DNA of 64,000 nucleotides from a virus: IMG/VR virus record IMGVR_UViG_3300045988_167643; one strand, 5' to 3'. Shown piece by piece: positions 60,648 to 64,000 of this stretch (position 1 is its first letter; each line of letters starts with the position of its first letter). The notes under the pieces were generated by a model. It saw only the letters and a program-made list of their open reading frames with translations, ran no database searches and was not told where the DNA came from. The position numbers and the translations under genes were made by a program.

Positions 60648-60755
60648 ATGAATAAAGAAAAAAGACCATATATAATTGGGTATGCACCTGATATGGATAT
60701 ATTTTTTATTACTAAAAGAAATACAACATATCTAGTATTCGGAGAAAAAAGATGA
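60648..60755 (+). CDS. small hypothetical protein (35 aa)
   Basis: GAGGTG SD 7 nt upstream. Confidence 0.35.
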   Translation: MNKEKRPYIIGYAPDMDIFFITKRNTTYLVFGEKR

Positions 60756-60916
60756 TTATTCTTATAATCATTATGGTAATATTATTTATAATTTCATTAG
60801 TTATTTCACATTATGATTCTTATGATAATCCAGAGTCAATTATTTGGCCATCATTAACTATAGTCTGTTTTAGCACCATGATTTTTATTATTATTTTATC
60901 TTTAGTTGTATTATAA
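60752..60916 (+). CDS. small membrane protein (54 aa)
   Basis: ATGA overlap; MIILIIIMVILFIISLVI and LTIVCFSTMIFIIILSLVVL helices. Confidence 0.45.
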   Translation: MIILIIIMVILFIISLVISHYDSYDNPESIIWPSLTIVCFSTMIFIIILSLVVL

Positions 60917-60948
60917 ATTGTTTTTTATATAAGGAAAGGATGTAAAAT

Positions 60949-61080
60949 ATGCTATTACTTATAATTAAAATATTGGGATTAATTTGCTCAATAGTTTGCG
61001 CAGTGTATAATTTTAAGTCTAAAGATAAAAAAGACGGTTTTGGAGCTTATGTTACACTTTTTTATGGCTATATACGATAG
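60949..61080 (+). CDS. small membrane peptide (43 aa)
   Basis: AAAGGA SD 8 nt upstream; LLLIIKILGLICSIVCAV helix. Confidence 0.4.
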   Translation: MLLLIIKILGLICSIVCAVYNFKSKDKKDGFGAYVTLFYGYIR

Positions 61081-61126
61081 TTTCTTTAAATTGGATAAAA
61101 GAAACATTTTATGGGAGAAAATTGGA

Positions 61127-61492
61127 ATGAAAATAGAAGAATGTAAAGAAATAGTACATAAGTGTAAAAAATTTAGTGGAAACGAATATACTTTGGAAGA
61201 CAAAGATATTTTATTAAATTCAATTAAGATATTAGCCCATATAGATTACTTTAAATGTAGTAGAGATGATCTTATATTTAAAAATAATATCTATTTTAAT
61301 ATAAGTAAAATATCTGAAAATAAATATAGAGTTTATATTTCTACTGTTGTCGATTGTAATGAATTCTTTATTAATTATGACGTATTAAGAGATGTCAAAA
61401 AAATAACCTTAGATAAAGATGAACGTTCAGATATAACTAAAAAAGAAGATGGAAGCTTAGAAATTGTTTTTCAAAAAAATGTAGGTGAATAA
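61127..61492 (+). CDS. hypothetical protein
   Basis: Track ORF 61040..61492 trimmed to the ATG 8 nt after GGGAGA. Confidence 0.55.
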   Translation: MKIEECKEIVHKCKKFSGNEYTLEDKDILLNSIKILAHIDYFKCSRDDLIFKNNIYFNISKISENKYRVYISTVVDCNEFFINYDVLRDVKKITLDKDERSDITKKEDGSLEIVFQKNVGE

Positions 61493-61495
61493 AAA

Positions 61496-61849
61496 TTGAT
61501 AATTAAAAAGGATGTGTCAAAAACATACGAAAGATTATTTGTGCAATCATCAATATTTCTTGGTAACCATATTGGTATTTATGAAAGACCATATATAACA
61601 TTAAGTGCATATAAAGATGCCATTTCAGAATGGTATGGTCCATACGAAATCTATATGCATGTTTGTGGATATGATAACTTTGGTTATGCATATGTTTATA
61701 GAATGCAAAATGAAGAAGATTTTTTTAATATACTGCATGAGCTTATAAATTGGATGAGAGATCATGAGCAAGGAATTACATACTGGGATGATATTATTAG
61801 TGATAATTTATTTCCGGAATTTAGAAATGCTGAGAAGGTGATGTGGTAG
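61496..61849 (+). CDS. hypothetical protein
   Basis: 117-aa ORF, TTG start after AGGTGA. Confidence 0.55.
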   Translation: MIIKKDVSKTYERLFVQSSIFLGNHIGIYERPYITLSAYKDAISEWYGPYEIYMHVCGYDNFGYAYVYRMQNEEDFFNILHELINWMRDHEQGITYWDDIISDNLFPEFRNAEKVMW

Positions 61850-61851
61850 AT

Positions 61852-62106
61852 ATGAATTTTGGAGTAACAGGTGTTAATCAAAAAGAAGAGTTACTTAAAC
61901 AATTAAAGACTATTTCAGAAGCACTTGATAAGCAAACTGAGAAGAAAGTATCAAAGATGCGTCCTGTTATAGATTTTAATGGAAATGAAGTATATAAACG
62001 TGGAGAATGTCCTGTATGTGGATTTGAATTTAGCTGCTCTAATAATATGAAATACTGCTTTTATTGTGGACAGAAACTTGATTGGAGTGAGAATACAAAA
62101 TGTTAA
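61852..62106 (+). CDS. hypothetical zinc-ribbon protein
   Basis: CPVCG...CFYCG. Confidence 0.6.
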   Translation: MNFGVTGVNQKEELLKQLKTISEALDKQTEKKVSKMRPVIDFNGNEVYKRGECPVCGFEFSCSNNMKYCFYCGQKLDWSENTKC

Positions 62107-62393
62107 TACCAACAGTACCGGCTAAAGAATTTAAAAAATTTGGTTTCAAAAAATGTGTAGGAGAGTATGGAAAATCAGAATGTTATTACCTTTGTGTCGC
62201 CAGAGGAACCAAAATGCTTTTCGTGAGTAATAAATATTTTGATGTAAATGCTTGGAGAGACGATGATCCGAGGATTCATAAAAAACCAAATTGCAGATAC
62301 AGAGATAAAAGAACATATCTAGATATTATTTATGAATTGATTAAAGCTGGAATGTTAAAGAGTAAGTTTGATAAGGAGAGCACAAAATGTTAA
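62100..62393 (+). CDS. hypothetical protein
   Basis: 97-aa ORF overlapping the upstream stop. Confidence 0.6.
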   Translation: MLIPTVPAKEFKKFGFKKCVGEYGKSECYYLCVARGTKMLFVSNKYFDVNAWRDDDPRIHKKPNCRYRDKRTYLDIIYELIKAGMLKSKFDKESTKC

Positions 62394-62734
62394 TTAGAAG
62401 TCAAGATAAAGCATTTTTATTAAATTTTAATAATTTAACTGCAATTTACGTGGAAAAAATTAATAAAGATTTTGCTATTGTATATAACGATTTTGAAGAC
62501 GCGTATACACTTGGAAAATATTCTACAGAAGCAAAAGCCATAAAAGCGCTTGATATGATACAGAAAAGATATGTCGATTATAAAACAACACATACTGTTA
62601 CAAACTGTCTTGCAACAATGTCACTTTTCATTAATGAATCAAACGATATAGATAAAATATATACGAAAGCACAAAATGTTTTAAAAGAAACTGTAGTATT
62701 CCAGATGCCAAATGATAATGAGGTAAAGGTATGA
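62387..62734 (+). CDS. hypothetical protein
   Basis: 115-aa ORF, AAGGAGAG SD. Confidence 0.6.
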   Translation: MLIRSQDKAFLLNFNNLTAIYVEKINKDFAIVYNDFEDAYTLGKYSTEAKAIKALDMIQKRYVDYKTTHTVTNCLATMSLFINESNDIDKIYTKAQNVLKETVVFQMPNDNEVKV

Positions 62735-63042
62735 GACTGATAGATGCAGACTTATTAATCGAAGAAATGTCAAAATGGTACTGGGATAAAGAAAGGCAGA
62801 AAGCTACGGAAGAAGATATAAGTCCAATGGACTTGTTTACACATCTTGCAATTACAACTGTTCAGAAACAGCCTACAGCCTATGATGTTAATAGAATTGT
62901 TGAGCAGCTAGAAGAAACAAAGGGTATATATTCCGAACTGTCACTTATATTTAGAGATAATACTGAGATAAAAAAATACATAGGTATGGAACAGGCAATT
63001 GCATTAGCACTTGAAATCGTGAAAGGCGGTGGAGTTGAATGA
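62731..63042 (+). CDS. hypothetical protein
   Basis: 103-aa ORF, ATGA overlap. Confidence 0.6.
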   Translation: MRLIDADLLIEEMSKWYWDKERQKATEEDISPMDLFTHLAITTVQKQPTAYDVNRIVEQLEETKGIYSELSLIFRDNTEIKKYIGMEQAIALALEIVKGGGVE

Positions 63043-63467
63043 GAGAAATTCTTTTCAAGGCAAAGCGGAAAGATGACGGCAAATGGATTGAGGGATATTA
63101 TCAGAAAAGATATGACCTTTTAGGCAATGAAGAACATTTAATCTTCCATGCTGATAGTTATAAAGTGTGGGAATATGCGGAAATTGTTCCAGAAACCCTC
63201 TGCCAGTTCACAGGTCTGACTGGCAAAAACGGAAACAAGATTTGGGAAAATGATATTATCAAATATCATTTCGGAGAAATCTATGCTCCAATCAAATATG
63301 GATATTATCAAAATTGTTTTGATTCTCAGAAAACAGAACATGTCGGATTCTATGTAGATTGGATGGGCAGCAAATGCCTTAGAAAAGATTTAGGATATTG
63401 GATTGACATGGTATACGCTATGCCAGTTGGGAACATTTTTGATAATCCAGAATTTTTTGAACCTTAA
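63039..63467 (+). CDS. YopX-family phage protein
   Basis: ILFKAKRKDDGKWIEGYY...LCQFTGLTGKNGNKIWENDII...VGNIFDNPEFFE matches the YopX pattern (FRaw......W..G.....l.QfTGLkDKNGkeIyEgDIv...GNIyeNPELL). Confidence 0.75.
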   Translation: MREILFKAKRKDDGKWIEGYYQKRYDLLGNEEHLIFHADSYKVWEYAEIVPETLCQFTGLTGKNGNKIWENDIIKYHFGEIYAPIKYGYYQNCFDSQKTEHVGFYVDWMGSKCLRKDLGYWIDMVYAMPVGNIFDNPEFFEP

Positions 63468-63561
63468 AAATGCGATTGCAGAGTATGAAAAAGAAAATTT
63501 TGTGGAAGTAGACGAATCATGGAAAGCTCATTTTATGAGAAGATTTCAAGAGGTGAAGTAG

Positions 63562-63987
63562 ATGGAGAGATTAACACTTGATGAAGCTATTAAACACGCA
63601 AAAGAAGTAGCAGATATGAATTATAATGACGCAGAAAAATTTGACTCAAATGATTCTGTAGAAAATTATATGAAGGCTAATTGTATAAAATGTGCAGAAG
63701 AACATGAGCAACTTGCGGAGTGGCTTGAAGAATTAAAATCTTACAAAGACTTGGAAGAACAGGGCTTGCTTGTGAGATTGCCGTGTAAGGTTGGAGATAC
63801 AATGTATGATATTGTAGGAAAACCTCTTAGAATTGTAGAACACAAAGTGGATGCTTTTCATATTGATAAAAAAGGCTTTCATTTACAAATTATTAACGGA
63901 GTTTTAGAAAAGAAGCAAGAAGCAAAGGTTTATTTTTCTCGTGAAGAAGCTGAGAAGAAATTGGAGAAGATGAAGAATGAAATTTAA
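63562..63987 (+). CDS. hypothetical protein
   Basis: 141-aa ORF, GAGGTG SD. Confidence 0.6.
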   Translation: MERLTLDEAIKHAKEVADMNYNDAEKFDSNDSVENYMKANCIKCAEEHEQLAEWLEELKSYKDLEEQGLLVRLPCKVGDTMYDIVGKPLRIVEHKVDAFHIDKKGFHLQIINGVLEKKQEAKVYFSREEAEKKLEKMKNEI

Positions 63988-64000
63988 AGAATTTGTAAAC

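Noticed and set aside
63453-63561. The +1 frame stays open after the YopX stop next to a T6 run (a fourth homopolymer frameshift?)
   Set aside because: The YopX-like protein already ends with the family-typical GNIFDNPEFFE C-terminus. The downstream 30-odd codons are more likely a tiny separate ORF or non-coding.

Overview
AT-rich, very gene-dense window. About 150 short ORFs lie almost entirely on the + strand, nearly all preceded by strong GGAGG-type Shine-Dalgarno sites. This looks like the early/accessory region of a large phage or phage-plasmid of a low-GC Firmicute; that call is inference, since no capsid, tail or terminase genes are present. Recognisable genes include two ParB/DUF262-like proteins, two HicA-like ORFs, a HicB-like ORF, a MazF/PemK-like toxin, a tyrosine recombinase and a LexA N-terminal-domain-only protein. 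Also present are a small sigma factor, an AEP primase-type Rep next to an iteron-rich origin, an XRE regulator and vWA, divergent PurA-like and LemA proteins. The rest are a frameshifted Lar-like protein, a kinase-phosphatase-ligase Pnkp RNA-repair enzyme, a ClpP-like protease, N6/N4 and C5 DNA methyltransferases and YopX. The main finding is at 36.67-38.95 kb: a five-repeat CRISPR array, then an anti-repeat/omega-RNA-like scaffold, then a ~579-aa IscB-architecture nuclease (PLMP-RuvC-bridge helix-HNH-RuvC). No REC lobe and no cas1/cas2 were recognised anywhere in the window. Other leads are a minus-strand type I toxin-like peptide with convergent promoters (54.2-54.45 kb), two Cheo/LexA boxes bracketing a promoter upstream of the sigma gene, and three genes split at homopolymer runs. 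All calls are by eye from motifs. Start codons were refined by SD spacing and are approximate. No database search was run.
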